A stretch of DNA of 64,000 nucleotides, from contig BQFW01000011.1 in the NCBI GenBank assembly GCA_020891255.1, forward strand, positions 744,001 to 808,000, written 5' to 3'. Shown one piece after another: positions 11,651-24,320 of this stretch. A program made the translations under genes and the position numbers. The stretch is from Entomortierella parvispora E1425 (taxonomy: Eukaryota > Fungi > Mortierellomycota). Numbering within the stretch: position 1 is the first letter of the stretch; the number at the start of each line of letters is the position of its first letter. Below the pieces are notes generated by a model. It was not told the origin of the DNA. It did not search any database and saw only the letters and a program-made list of their open reading frames with translations.

Positions 11651-14119
11651 TCACCTCATCCGCTTGCGGTTGTTGCCTATACTTTCAGTGTCTTCTCCTG
11701 CAGGTTGGCGTTTCAATTTTGGATTTTCTTCATGCCTGCAACGAATGGATTTCCAGGAAAGGAACAAATCAGTATGGATTTCTAGCAAGATGATCAGGGA
11801 AAAACAAATAGGAAAAGACATTTCTTACCGAGTGATAGCAATGTTGCGGATCTCTGGGTGGGTGGGAAGGAGAGAAGGGTGCTTTGCGGGTGGCGTCTCG
11901 ATAAAATAGGGGTGAGCCAACGCTTGTTTGACCGAGAGGCGCTTCTTGGGGTCATAAGTCAACAGTCCGCTGAGCAAAGATCGGGCTGCGTCGGTGATCT
12001 TTGGGAAATTGTTCCTTAAATTGTTGTGCCTGTATTGATATTTTCAGATCGCGTTAATACGCTGTCGCTTATTTCGGCCACAAAATCATAGAGGAGTCAA
12101 GAGTGTTGCTGCTTGGTTCTTGTTTCTCTTACCTCTGATCTGGAAGTTTGATACTAGACATGGGCAGCTTGTTGAATCCCTGCCAGATCTTTTCATGGGG
12201 TGTGCCCAAAAGAGCAATCATCAAATCCACCTGCTCCTTCTCGACCTTTCCTGGCAACAAGGGTCCATGCTTTAACAGCTCGCCAAAGATACATCCTGCT
12301 GACCACATATCCACTGCTGTTGTGTAGTTCATGTCGCCAAACAACAACTCGGGTGCTCGGTACCAGAGTGTCACAACCTTGGGTGTCATTGGTCTCGTTG
12401 GCAATCCGAATGAACGTGCAAGACCAAAGTCAGCTGAGATAAACAAACAGGGAAAGAGGCTGTTAGATGCGTTTCCATTTCACTGCACGCAAACAATAAA
12501 TCAAATACGAGGTTTCCATACCGATCTTGAGAATTCCCTGAGCGGTGAGAAGAAGATTGGACAACTTGAGATCACGATGAATCACATAGTGGTCGTGACA
12601 GTACTCGATGCCCTTCAAAAGTTGGTACATCAGGCACTTGACTAAATAACCAGAGCAAAGAAATCCGTCGTGTGTGAGTGATTCATTCCTGAAGATTGGT
12701 TATCCAGAAGAATAATGTCCTGAAGGTTATTATCATGTCCCAGTTCCAACATACTCTCAGATGGTGAATACGGCTTCTTGACATTGTCCATTAACGCAGC
12801 CATGTCCTAATGAAAATGAATCGCGCATATCAATATCAAAACTGCCTTCAAGTCCAAATGAAAAAAAAAAAAAAAGTCAAAATCCAAGAGCCTTTATACC
12901 TGCTCGCAGTATTCCATCACAAGAAAGATCTGATCGAGATCTGCGCCCACAGCCACTTCCTTGACAAGAACAATGTTGTCGTGGCGAAGGGTCTTCAGTA
13001 GTTTGATTTCACGGAGAGAAGATATTGGCAGTCCATCGCTCTCTCGCTCCATCCTGATCCTTTTGAGCGCCACAATTTCATTGGTCTTTTTGTCTCTGGC
13101 TCGACTATCGATGACGAAAAAACATCCATGTCAGGTATTTTTTTTGGTGCATGCAGCACATTAACGTCTGTCGAGCAAAGGCCGATCGACACTTACTATA
13201 CAACGCCATAGGTTCCTTCGCCAATCTTGTTGATCTTTTCAAAGTCATCGACAATTCGAGAGGTGCCAAAGAAGGCTTTTTGAGGGTTCAACTGGCCCAT
13301 CTTTCCAGTGATCGACAATAGGTTGAAAGGATCGGGTTTAGACAGGGCCGCTGCTGTTGACTGGTCTGCTGGTGGAATGACATTCGACTTTTCTTTCCGC
13401 GGTTGGTCCTTGTTCTGTTGATTCTCTTTGGGGTTGTGGTTGCCATCCCTGTTATGACCACGGTCTTTACTCTGTGATGGTCGTGAGGACTGAGGCTGCT
13501 GGCGATCATCTCGATCTCTGGGCCGACCATGACTGTCTCTGTGAGCGCCTCCATCTCTGCTGTCTCTGCCATCTCTGCCATCTCTACCATCTCTACCGTC
13601 TCTGCCGTCTCTGCCATCCCGGTTATCCTTGCCGTCCCTGTTATCCCTGCTGTTTCTGTTATTGCCCCTGCCTCTCGAGTCTCTTTCATGGTTGTCCCTG
13701 GTATCTCTGGCATCTCTGGCATTGTTGCTACTCCGCTGACTATCGTTCCTGCGATTATCTTGATGGTTGGCGGTAGATGTGGAAGTAGAAGAGTTGTTGT
13801 GGCGTGAAGAACGGTTCTCGTCCATTGACCTTCGGTTGTCCGATCGCCCATCGTTCCTACTATTAGAGCTGTGGGAAGCTTTTGTGTCGGAAATATCGCG
13901 ATCGTGTGAGGAGGAAGAAGGAGCTCGCGTGGCCAGAGTATCGGATGCCTTTGACTTTATGCGGTTAAAGGACGGAAGGGCGCCGAACGAGTCGTTGAGG
14001 ATGGCAGCTGGTCCCTCGATGGCACCCTTGACAGCGAGTTCCTTTGCAGAGTCCTTGGGGTCAATGTCCATCTTAGTCTGGTCTACAGCGGTACTCTTGG
14101 GGTTGGTATCGGAGATCAT
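11651..14119 (-). CDS. CDK10: Cyclin-dependent kinase, CDK10-like, multi-exon
   Basis: [26 protein letters not shown] (PISSLRE helix), [40 protein letters not shown]. Long Arg/Asp-rich N-terminus. Confidence 0.88.
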
Positions 14120-14710
14120 GGTCGGTGCGCTATCTTTTTTTTTTCGGAGAGGGTGGCGGGTTTGTCCTTCTTTTCTTTTTTTAAAAAAAAAGAGGCGGGT
14201 GGCGGGTAGTGTTTGAAGAGATGGCGCGGGATGAGCGAAATGGGGGTTGGACCCTGGTATGCGATGGAGGCAAGCTATTTCTTGTTGGATGCAAGTCTGT
14301 GTGTCACCAAGTGTAGCCGACAGAGGATTCCAAGAAGAGAGAGAAGGATGAGAGAAAAAGAGATGCAATGGATGGATGAGCACGCCAAAAGTGAGTGGGG
14401 TGTGAAGTATGAGGGGGCTGCAGTCAGAGAGGCGAGGGGGCGCAACAGCGCACACAGCGCAGAACACTCCGCACACTTGCACACACGCACAGAACACCCA
14501 AAAATCATTGCACACTTCCCCTTTCGTTTCTCGCTCACTCCTGTGACAGTCACACTGTGGCTTGGCTCTGTTTTCCCTCCCCCTCCCTCACTCTCGCTTT
14601 TTCTTTTTTTTTTTTTTTTTTTTCTTTTTGCCATATGCGCCTACCTCGACCGTTTGCATGCATTCGTTCTAGCCTCACTCCTCTCTAATCCCCTTCCATC
14701 CCATCCCACC

Positions 14711-17700
14711 ATGGCTAAATCGGCCCTCTACCGCCTCAAGTCCTCCCTCAAGGAGGCGGGCGCCATCGGGCCCAACTCGCGTGCCTCGCTCAGCAAAAAA
14801 GACCGCAAGAAGGGTCGCCCCACTGCTGCAAGTGCAAAGAATGATCTCAACAAGAAGCTCGCTCACATCAAGGAGGCCATGAACCCATTCGAAATGAAGA
14901 CAACCCGTCAGAAATACGACATTCTCGGACGCAAGACAAAGGGTATCGAGGGAAAGCCCACCCTCTCGAAGCAAGTCGGTGAAGAGAACGTAGGTTGCCT
15001 TGTTTGAGAACGTACCTTTTTTCCTTGTTCCTCTCCGTCTCTTTTGCTCCTTTTAAAGGGAGCCATTGCTCTAAACCCACTGTCCGCACCAATCCCTAAT
15101 ATGATTCTTACAACTCAATCTTCCAATAGCGCCGTAAAACATTGTTGCAGGAGCTCCAAAAGAAGAACAAGGCTGGAGGAGTGATCGATAAGCGTTTCGG
15201 AGAAGACGATCCCAACATGACCCCCGAAGACAAGATGTTGGAGCGTTTCACACGGGAGAAGCAGAGCAGAGCTAAGGGCGGCGCCATGTTCAACCTCGAG
15301 GAGGACGCCGATCTGACCCATTATGGTCAATCCCTTGCAGGATTGGACGACTTTGACGAGACCGAGCTCGGATACAGTGATGACGACGAGGACAAGGGTG
15401 CTATCGGAGGAGATATTGTCAGCCACAGCCATTTCGGAGGTTTCGGCGAAGCCGAGCCCGATGAGAGACACGACGATGGTCGCCCAAAGACAAAGGCCGA
15501 GATCATGAAGGAGGTCATGGCAAAGTCAAAGTTCCACAAGCATGAGCGTCAAAAGGAAAAGGAAGAGATGGACGACATTACCAAGGAGCTGGATGATGAG
15601 CTCGAGGACATTCGTGGACTTTTGGGCTTCACCAACGAGGCCGCAGAGGAGCGTCGCCCCAAGCGTGCCCCTCTTCCCTCCCAGAGATCTTCTGCCGCCC
15701 GTGCCCTCGATCGTCTTGCCGATGAAGAGAAGGAGCAGATGAAGGCTGACAGAGAGAGCGGTGTTCTGGACAAGGGATTCGACGATAGCTACGATAAGCA
15801 CATTCGAGAGCTCGCCTTTGACAGACGTGCCAAGCCTCAGGACAGATTGAAGACTGAGGAGGAGATTGCTCAGGAGGAGGTTGAAAAGCTGGAAAAGGCC
15901 GAGAAGGCCCGTAAGCGTCGTATGGAGGGTCTCGAGGATGATGAGGCTGACAAGGAGGCTGGTGGATACAAGAACAAGCGGAGAAAGGCTGTACCAGCTG
16001 CTGATGACCTCGACGACGACTTTGCACCAGAGGACGACGAGTTCGGTCTTGGTACCGGTATGGACGCTGGTGAGGAAGAGTTCAAGGGCTTCAAAGTCAA
16101 GCCCGGTAGAATGCCCAGCAAAAAGCGTGGTATCGTCAAGGCCGCCAAATCAGACTCAGAGCCCGAGGAGGAGGAGGATGACAACGAGGAAGATGAGGAT
16201 GAGGAGGATGATGACGAGGAAGGTAGTGAGGAGGGCAGTGACGAGGAAGATGATGACGACGAGGAAGGCGATTCAGAAGATGATTTCTCAGATCTGGACA
16301 TGACCATGGATCGACCTGAGAAGGAGGCCACCGCCGCTGACGACGACGAGGAAGAAATGAACGACTTGAGCGCAGCAAAGACAAAGGCCAAGGCCGCATC
16401 CAAGCCCGCCAAGGCAGAAAAGAAGGCTAAGCTCAGCAGCGATGCTGCCGCTGCCGCCTCCGAGTTGCCATACACCTTCCCCTGCCCGACCTCATTAGGC
16501 CACTTCTTGTCCATCATCGAGAAGATTGACATCAAGGACGTCCCCACGGTCGTGCACCGTATTCGCGCCTTGTACCACCCCAAGCTGTCACCTCAGAACA
16601 AGGAAAAGATGCAGGTCTTCTATCCTATTCTCCTCGACTACATCTTCCAGATCTCTGTCTCTGAGCCAACGTACCCCATGGCCACCTTGAACACTTTGGT
16701 CCGTCATATCTACGCCATGACCTCTCAGTTGGGCGACTTTGCAACATCTTGCATTCTCGGATTCTTGGAGGCCTTTGAGGCCGAGCTTCAAAAGGACCTT
16801 GCATCGGGCACCATTTCTGGATTCCCCAAGAGCGACAAGTTGACCATCTTGCGAGTTCTCGGACAAATCTACTCGACCTCCGATTTCCAGCACCAAGTGA
16901 TTACCCCTGCTCAGTTCTTGATGAGTCAATACTTGGGTCAATGTCAGGTCAGCTCTGTCAAGGATGTTGCCTCGGGCTTGATGCTCTGCAACCTGTTCTT
17001 GGACTACCAAGCTCTTTCTAAGCGCGTCGTCCCCGAAGCAATCAACTTTTTGAGTTCATCTTTGGTCTACTTGGCTCCCCAGGGCACCTTCAAGGATGTC
17101 GAGAGCTTGCCTGGATCATTCCCTATCATGGATATTGACAAGGCTGCCGTTCAAATGAACAAGGCCGGACTCTCCTCTGTGGAGGTCGAGCGTCTCTCCA
17201 TGGACATGTTCAAGTTGAAGGATTCTGTTTTGGACAAGAACAGCTACAAGTACGTATCCTTTACCATGGAAAATGATGCACTTTTTTTTTATTTTGATAT
17301 GCTTGAGCCATTATACTCACCAACAAAACTTCTTGCACATTTCTCAATTACTTTTTAGGGTTGCTGCCATGTCCGCCACAGCAGACTTGCTCTTCAAATA
17401 CGCCATCCTCTACGCTTCAACGTCAGCATTCGAGGAAATGTTCCAAGCCCCCATGCAGTTGCTCAAGACCCTCTCCTCCTCTTCTCACTTTTCATCATCA
17501 CTCAAGGCCCAGCTCACAAAGGCCCAGGACAGGATCGAGAAGCTCAAGTCGTTCTCATCGGACAGCCGTACACCCCTTCAGTTGCAGGCCCACAAGCCTG
17601 TGCCTATTGCGTCGTATGTGCCAAAGTTCGAGGAGGGTTACTCTTTGGACAAGCATTACGATCCCGATGTGGAGCGTTCCCAGGCCCACAAGCTCCAGGT

Positions 17701-17914
17701 CCAGTACAAGAAGGAGAAGAAGGGAGCTATTCGCGAGTTGCGCAAGGATGCTCAGTTCGTGGCTCGCGAGAAGATGCGTGTGCAGAGAGAGAAGGATACC
17801 GAGTACAATGCCAAGATCAAGGGCATCATGAGCGGACTCGAGGCCGATCAGGGAGAGAAGAATGCCGAGGCCAGAATCAAGCAGGCAAAGAAGATGAAGG
17901 GCAAGCGCAACTAG
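14711..17914 (+). CDS. NOP14: Nucleolar protein 14 (SSU processome), 3 exons
   Basis: NPFEMKT, GGVIDKRFGE..PNMTPEDKMLERFTREKQ, KTKAEIMKEVMAKSK, RRAKPQDRLKTEEE, ELPYTFPCP, KKEKKGAIRELRKDAQF. Confidence 0.95.
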
Positions 17915-18532
17915 ACAATAGACAGAACGGCGTCTCCCTCACCTTTTTTCCTTATTACCAAAACGCTTTCTTGTTTATTATTACCTTTTCTTTCCCACTC
18001 ATTCTCCATTGCGCCTCCCCCCCCCCCCCCCCATTTTACCATTTTGTCCACAGGACTTCTGCTACAATAGTTACCACTCCATCCAAAAAACCATCTGCAT
18101 TTTGTTTTTTCTTCATAAAAGCACCGAAAACATTCCTCATTAGCTTGAGACATGACCTATTTGCCAATCAAAGAGATATTCTAGATTGAAAGAAGCAAAG
18201 ATAATGGGGCGCAGACAACCCATGCCCTGGAACGTCCACTGCGCCGCTGTGGTTGTGGCGATGCAGTTGAAGAGAGCCCCACCTGAACAACAAAACAATG
18301 GCGAAGCAAATCTACAAAATGTATATACCTTGCTCCTTTGCTCCCCTCCTTTCTCCAATCTCTTGCTCCTTGCATTCTCTTCTGCTCTCCTCTCTATTCC
18401 CTTTAACACTCGCCTCCCTCTCTGTATTCTCTTATCCTATACACTTTACCTCGAGCACCATCTCATTTCACAGTCATAGATCTAAATATCCATCGACCAC
18501 AAAGCCATCCAAAACAATCCACCCAAGAAGCC

Positions 18533-21500
18533 ATGTCGACAGCGATTGCCACTGCCATTGTGTCGACTGGTGTCAGAAATGTCCACACGAACGGTGTCAA
18601 AGATCAGACCCTTCCGGTCCCAAATGACCATGATTACGCCCGTTTGGTACAGGGGTTCAGTGCGCTTGGGTAAAGCAAATGACAGATAAACAGAAAAACA
18701 TCAACGTGAAGTTGTTTTCAACTGGTGCCTCTTGCTCTAACAACAAGCCTGCTGTGTGTTTTTTTTGACACGAAAACTTGAGGCATTAGATTAGAGGGGC
18801 TGGATCAAGGGGACCCAATAGCTCTGATGTACAAGGCTGGTGAAATGTATGAGAAAGGTGAAGAAGTGCCTCAAAGCAACCAAAAAGCCAAAGCATGGCT
18901 TGAGAAAGCCGCTGTTCAAGGAAACGCCTCTGCTCAAAACAGGATTGGCGTCCTTTACCGTGATGGCAAAAGTGTAAAGCAAAACTACTCTATCGCCAAA
19001 GAGTGGTTTCTTAGGGCCGCCGACCAGGGACAGGCCGAGGCGCAGTACAATTTAGGAACAATCTATTATCATGACAACTATCGTGCCAAAGCTCTGGAAT
19101 GGTTTGAGAAAGCGGCGAAACAAGGACACGCCTTTGCTCAATTCAGGATTGGCGTAATGTTTTATTTTGGCGACGGTGTTTCACAAAACCAAGAGAGCGC
19201 CTTGGAATGGTGGTTGAAAGCAGCCCACCGAGGATGTGCGATTGCCCAGTTCAGCGTAGGCGCGGTGTATGATGCTGGCGAAACTGGCGCCGTTGGTTAT
19301 CAGATTGACAGTTACGCGAATCATTGGTATTCCTTAGCGGCTGCACAGGGAGACGCCAATGCCCAATTCAACTTGGGCATCCTTTACCACGAAGGAAGAG
19401 GAGGTGTTCCGCATGATGAATTCATGGCAGTGGAGTGGTACACGAAAGCAGCTAATCAAGGCCTTGCCGAGGCCCAGTTCTATCTCGGGCACCTATATCA
19501 CATTGGTGATATCATCCCACAAGATATAGGCACGGCCATGAGTTGGTACTTGGAGGCTGCCAAGCAAGGACATTCCGACGCTTTTTTCAGGCCAGGTGTG
19601 ATGTACGATGAAGGTGATGGCGTGGATCAGGATTACCACAAGGCTGCAGAGCAGTACCAGAGAGCAGCCGAACAGGGACATCACATTGCCCAGTATAATT
19701 TGGGTGCCCTATACCAACAAGGCCTTGGTGTACAAGTGGATAAGGTCACGGCCGCAGAGTACTACACCGCAGCGGCAGAGCAAGGGGGTGGCGACGACTT
19801 ATTCAGCCTGGGGGTCATGTTCTATCATGGAGAGGATATCCCACAGGACTATTCGAAGGCTGCAGAGTTCTATCTCAAGGCCGCTGAACAAGGACACATC
19901 TCTGCTCAGAATTACGCTGGCGAAATGTACTACGACGGCCTTGGAGTGCCCAAGGATTTCGTCAAAGCTCGAGAGTGGTATTTCAAATCGGCTGATCGAG
20001 GGCATGCTCCAGCTCAGAAAAATATGGGAAAGGTCTGCTTTGACGCCAAGGACTACCAGGCGGCTATGGAGTGGTTTAAGAAGGCAACCGATCAAAAAAA
20101 CGCTGGTGCGTGGTTCTACATTGGTTTGTTGTACCACGATGGCCATAGTGTTCCAGAGGACAAGCAGCAAGCGGCGGAGTACTATCTGTTGGCTGCCAGT
20201 CAAGGATACGCAAAAGCCCAACTCAGCATTGGCCTAATGTACCAGGAAGGCAAATATGTTCCCCAGGACTACCAGATGGCCATGGAATGGATTTTCAAGG
20301 CGGCCGCGCAAGGATACGCCAAAGCGGAGTTCAGCATCGGTCTTGCATACGATAACGGCGCTGGTGTTCCTGAGGATAATGAGAAAGCGCTGGAGTGGTA
20401 TTTGAGGGCGGCCAAAAGGGAAGATCCCGATGCACAGTACAGCGCAGGCGAGCTGTACTGGCGTGATGCACAAGACTACATTAAGGCTCATGATTGGATT
20501 TTGAAGGCTGTCAAACGAGGTTACGCAAACGCCCAATACAGTCTTGGTGAATTTTACGGAGACACACATGGCGACAAGAAGGCCGAGGAATGGTACTTGA
20601 AAGCCGCCAATCAAGGACACATTGATTCCCAACTAGTCTTAGTCGATATATACCAACGAGGATGCGACGTACCGACGAACTACATGGAATCACTCAAATG
20701 GTTGTGGAAAGCTGCTAATCTAGGAAGCGCCAAAGCACAGCACGACTTGGGTCAGCTATACCATGATGGCAAGTTCCCAGATGGCAAGGGCTTTCCTCAG
20801 AGCTACAAGAAAGCCAAGGCGTGGTATTTGAAGGCCGCCAAGCAAAAGCGTGCTGATACCCAGTACAGCCTTGGTATGATGTATTACGGTGGCAAGGGTG
20901 TTCCGCAGGACTACCAGAAAGCTATGGAATGGTTGTTGAAGGCCGCCAACCATGGACCCATTAATACCAGATCTTTAATGTTAGACACTGAAAAAGGAAG
21001 CAACAAAGCCCAGTTCCAAATTGGTTTGATGTACCGCGATGGCGAGGGTGTTCATCAAGACTCCCAAAAGGCCATGGAATGGCTTACATTGTCTGACGGT
21101 CAAGCATCTTCTGAAGGCCAGAGAATGATAGCGTCAATGTACCACTTTGGCAAGGGCGTTCCCACGGACCACCAAAAAGCCTTGGAGTGGTACCAGAGGG
21201 CAGCTGAAGGGGGGCGCCCTGAAGACCGACGCTGTTTAGGCAACTTGTATGAGAAAGGCGAGTGTGTTACGCAGGACTTCCGGAAAGCCAGGGAGCAGTA
21301 CTTGGAGGCCGCTGAAATGGGAGACGTCCATGCCAAGTATTACCTGGGCCGGATGTTCCACAAGGGCAAGGGTGTTCCGAAGGACTTTCAAAAAGCGATG
21401 GAGTGGTACTTGAAGGCGGCTCAAGGTAAACATATCGATGCTCAATATGCCATTGGCATGATGTACCAGCAAGGCGACGGCGTTTCGCAGGACTATTCCC

Positions 21501-22150
21501 AGGCAGCAGAGTGGTATATGAAGGCTCACGAGCAAGGGCACCTCCGTGCTCAGTTCCATATCGGTTCTGTGTCGCATGCTTGTTCCCTCTATGATCACGC
21601 CATGGAGTGGTATTTGAAGGCCGCCGACAAAGGAGATGCCGATGCCGAGTACTCCATAGGCCGCATGTACTATGAGGGCCATGGGGTTCCTCGAGACTAT
21701 CAGAAGGCTTTGGAGTGGTATTTGAAAGCTGCGATGAAAGGAAATATGTTTGCCCAGTATGCTGCAGGCTTGATGTATCAGGATGGCCAAGGTGTTCCCA
21801 AGGACTATCAGGAAGCCAAGAAGTTGATACTGAAGGCTGCCAATCAAGGATTCTCTGATGCGGAGGTCAGTGCAGGCAAGATGTACCATCATGGGATGCT
21901 CCATAATGATGTCGGTGTTTCCATAGACTACCAGGAAGCCATGACATGGTATCGGAAGGCTGCCCATCAAGGTGTGGCAGAAGCTCAATTCAACATTGGT
22001 TGGTTGTACCATGCAGGCAGGAGCGTGGAGGGGCTGGACGAAAATAAGGCCAGGGAGTGGTATGAGAAAGCAGCCCGACAAGGACACGCTGATGCCATTT
22101 ACAACCTTGGCTTGATGTGTACACTGCCAAAAATTACAAAGTCACTGTAG
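18533..22150 (+). CDS. Large Sel1-like repeat (SLR) protein, roughly 28-30 repeats
   Basis: 1107-aa open frame of ~36-aa repeats (AQYNLGxxYxxGxGVPQDYxKAxEWYxKAAxQG). A short first exon from ATG 18533 is inferred. Confidence 0.9.
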
Positions 22151-23255
22151 GCCACAGAGATGCGAGAAAGACTGGTGACAGCGCCGTCAACAGCCTTGAA
22201 TATGTTGTCCCCGAGAGAGCAAGAGGTAGCAAAAGATAGGGCTCGTGGGCCCTTTGAAATAAAAAAAACAACTATAGTACAGTAAAAGTACTCAGCTAGC
22301 GCAGATAGCACCCTAGTGGTGGATCCTGAAGACTGATTTGCTCCCTCCATTCCACAGCGAGTTGCATCCGCTCATCCCTCAGGTCCTGTCAAGATCAAGT
22401 CAGATCAACGACTCGGTGTTTTACAGTGTAATTGTTTTAGCCGTAAAGAGTCATGAGTGAGGTCGTCTCTTGAGATCAACGGTGTGTGGCTCTCTGGCCC
22501 ACGAGATATTACCACACCTCCAACGAATCAACTATGACTCTCTCCCTAAAGACACAACGCAACACCAATGAGCCTGTCGTTGGGTACCTGGCACAGCGAG
22601 AACAAGCACTTTATTTCAATCCCCTCCTTGCTCGCAAAAGCACGTTGATCGTGTGTCACACAGGCAATCAGAGGGGCGATTTTATTTTGAGGCTCCGTTC
22701 CCCTATTTTCACGCGTCCAGACGCGTGACGACCTCTTGCTCCTCCTTTTTATGTTTCTTTATCTTTCGAGGGTGCGTGCCTCCGTTTCCTCCCTCGCGAC
22801 ATCATCATCTGTGATTTTCTCCCCTGTCCTGAGTTCAGCTTGGGCAGATGGGCAAATGGGACAGGGAACACAAGACCCCAATGCTCAGCTGGGCAGAGTG
22901 AACAAAAAAAAAAGGTGGTCTTTGTTATTCGCTTGTTTTGTGCAAGGGGAAGAAAGAGGAGTCCAGGTCCATCGCGCCATTCTGGCCCTGGGGGGCTACT
23001 TTTGTTTTGTTTAAATACCGAGAACCTTTGTGCACTTTTCCTCTTCTTTGTTTTAACTTCCCTTTCCTATTTCCCCTTATATTTGTATACCTGTCCTATC
23101 CCCTCCCTTCAGGCACAACCAAACAACGTAGAACATACCACATCATCTCTTAACGACAAAAAGACAACACACACGACACACTCACAGATCGACGTTCACA
23201 TCAACGAAACCAACGAGCAGCAACAGCAACAGCAACAGCAACAAACAAACAAGAA

Positions 23256-24122
23256 ATGTCCTCTGATATTACAGCCGCAGAGCTGGCTCTAGAAGCCCTT
23301 CTCGAATCCCGTCTCGAGAGCATCGCGACCCGCCTCCAAGCCCTGACCAAAGCCAGTCAACAACTCAAGTCCGAGACTTTTGCTTTAGCAGAGGTCGTGC
23401 GCCAGAAACAACGCCGCGTCTATGTCATTGAAGACTACATGCTGCGACTCCAAGGGAAACCGGGTGTCTCGAACCTCTTTCTGGAGAATGGTGCTCAACC
23501 GAGAAGGAATGGCACGGCTAAGGCTAACTTTGGACAGGAAGAAATTGAAGAGATCAAGATGGGCTTCAAGACCCTGAGACGGAAATTCCAGGCCGCAGGC
23601 AATACCGTGACCACAGTCGGATGGTGGAGACATTTGAAGGGCAATGGAAAGCAGGAACAGGGACAGCAAGGTCAAGAACAGCAGACAGGACAGGATGTAA
23701 CCCCTCCAATGCCCGTGCTCGCAAAGTTATCCATCGACACTCAACAGGCAATAGCAGCCACGACGGCAGGTACGGCATCAACGACAGCCACCACTGCATC
23801 TTCGACGCTCGTTTCTCCAGAACTAGAGCAATTGGATTCACCGCAGCAGCAAAAACCTATCGTTGTCCACAAAATTGTCTCTCCCAAGGCTCTTTTGTCG
23901 CCCACTTCTCCTACGACCAAGAAACGAAATACGACGACAGCCCTGCAACAGATCTTTACGTCGCCGACAGTGGCAAAGCCCCTCCATAGCCATTACGTCT
24001 CCTCTCCCATCACCGAGCGCGCCAACCCAGCCTTGGGGTTGACCTCGCTCCCCATGTCGCCTACCAAGATGGACAGCCAGAGCAATCATGGCCTCATGCG
24101 AGGACTCAGTCTTCGATCTTGA
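23256..24122 (+). CDS. Hypothetical protein with N-terminal coiled coil and S/T/P-rich tail
   Basis: Single 288-aa ORF with heptad-like N-terminus (LEALLESRLESIATRLQAL...) and plausible ATG context; no family recognised. Confidence 0.65.
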   Translation: MSSDITAAELALEALLESRLESIATRLQALTKASQQLKSETFALAEVVRQKQRRVYVIEDYMLRLQGKPGVSNLFLENGAQPRRNGTAKANFGQEEIEEIKMGFKTLRRKFQAAGNTVTTVGWWRHLKGNGKQEQGQQGQEQQTGQDVTPPMPVLAKLSIDTQQAIAATTAGTASTTATTASSTLVSPELEQLDSPQQQKPIVVHKIVSPKALLSPTSPTTKKRNTTTALQQIFTSPTVAKPLHSHYVSSPITERANPALGLTSLPMSPTKMDSQSNHGLMRGLSLRS

Positions 24123-24320
24123 AGCCACTCTTTTTAGTCATGCAGCTTACTCTTTCTCACCTGCAATGTCAGCAACACCATAAAGTAAAGATCCTTATGA
24201 TCCTACATCCCGATTCTTCAATTTTTTCACCGGCACTGAGCGTTCAAATGATTTCGAAGATGAGAGCCGGAACTCATTTAATCTCAAAAAAAAAAAAAAA
24301 AAAAAGGGCAGTGATGCAGT

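Noticed and set aside
15870-16583. Ser-rich antisense ORFs over NOP14, and similar ones over CDK10, the Sel1 gene and the RNA-repair gene
   Set aside because: Shadow ORFs produced by the codon bias of acidic or repeat-rich sense-strand regions.
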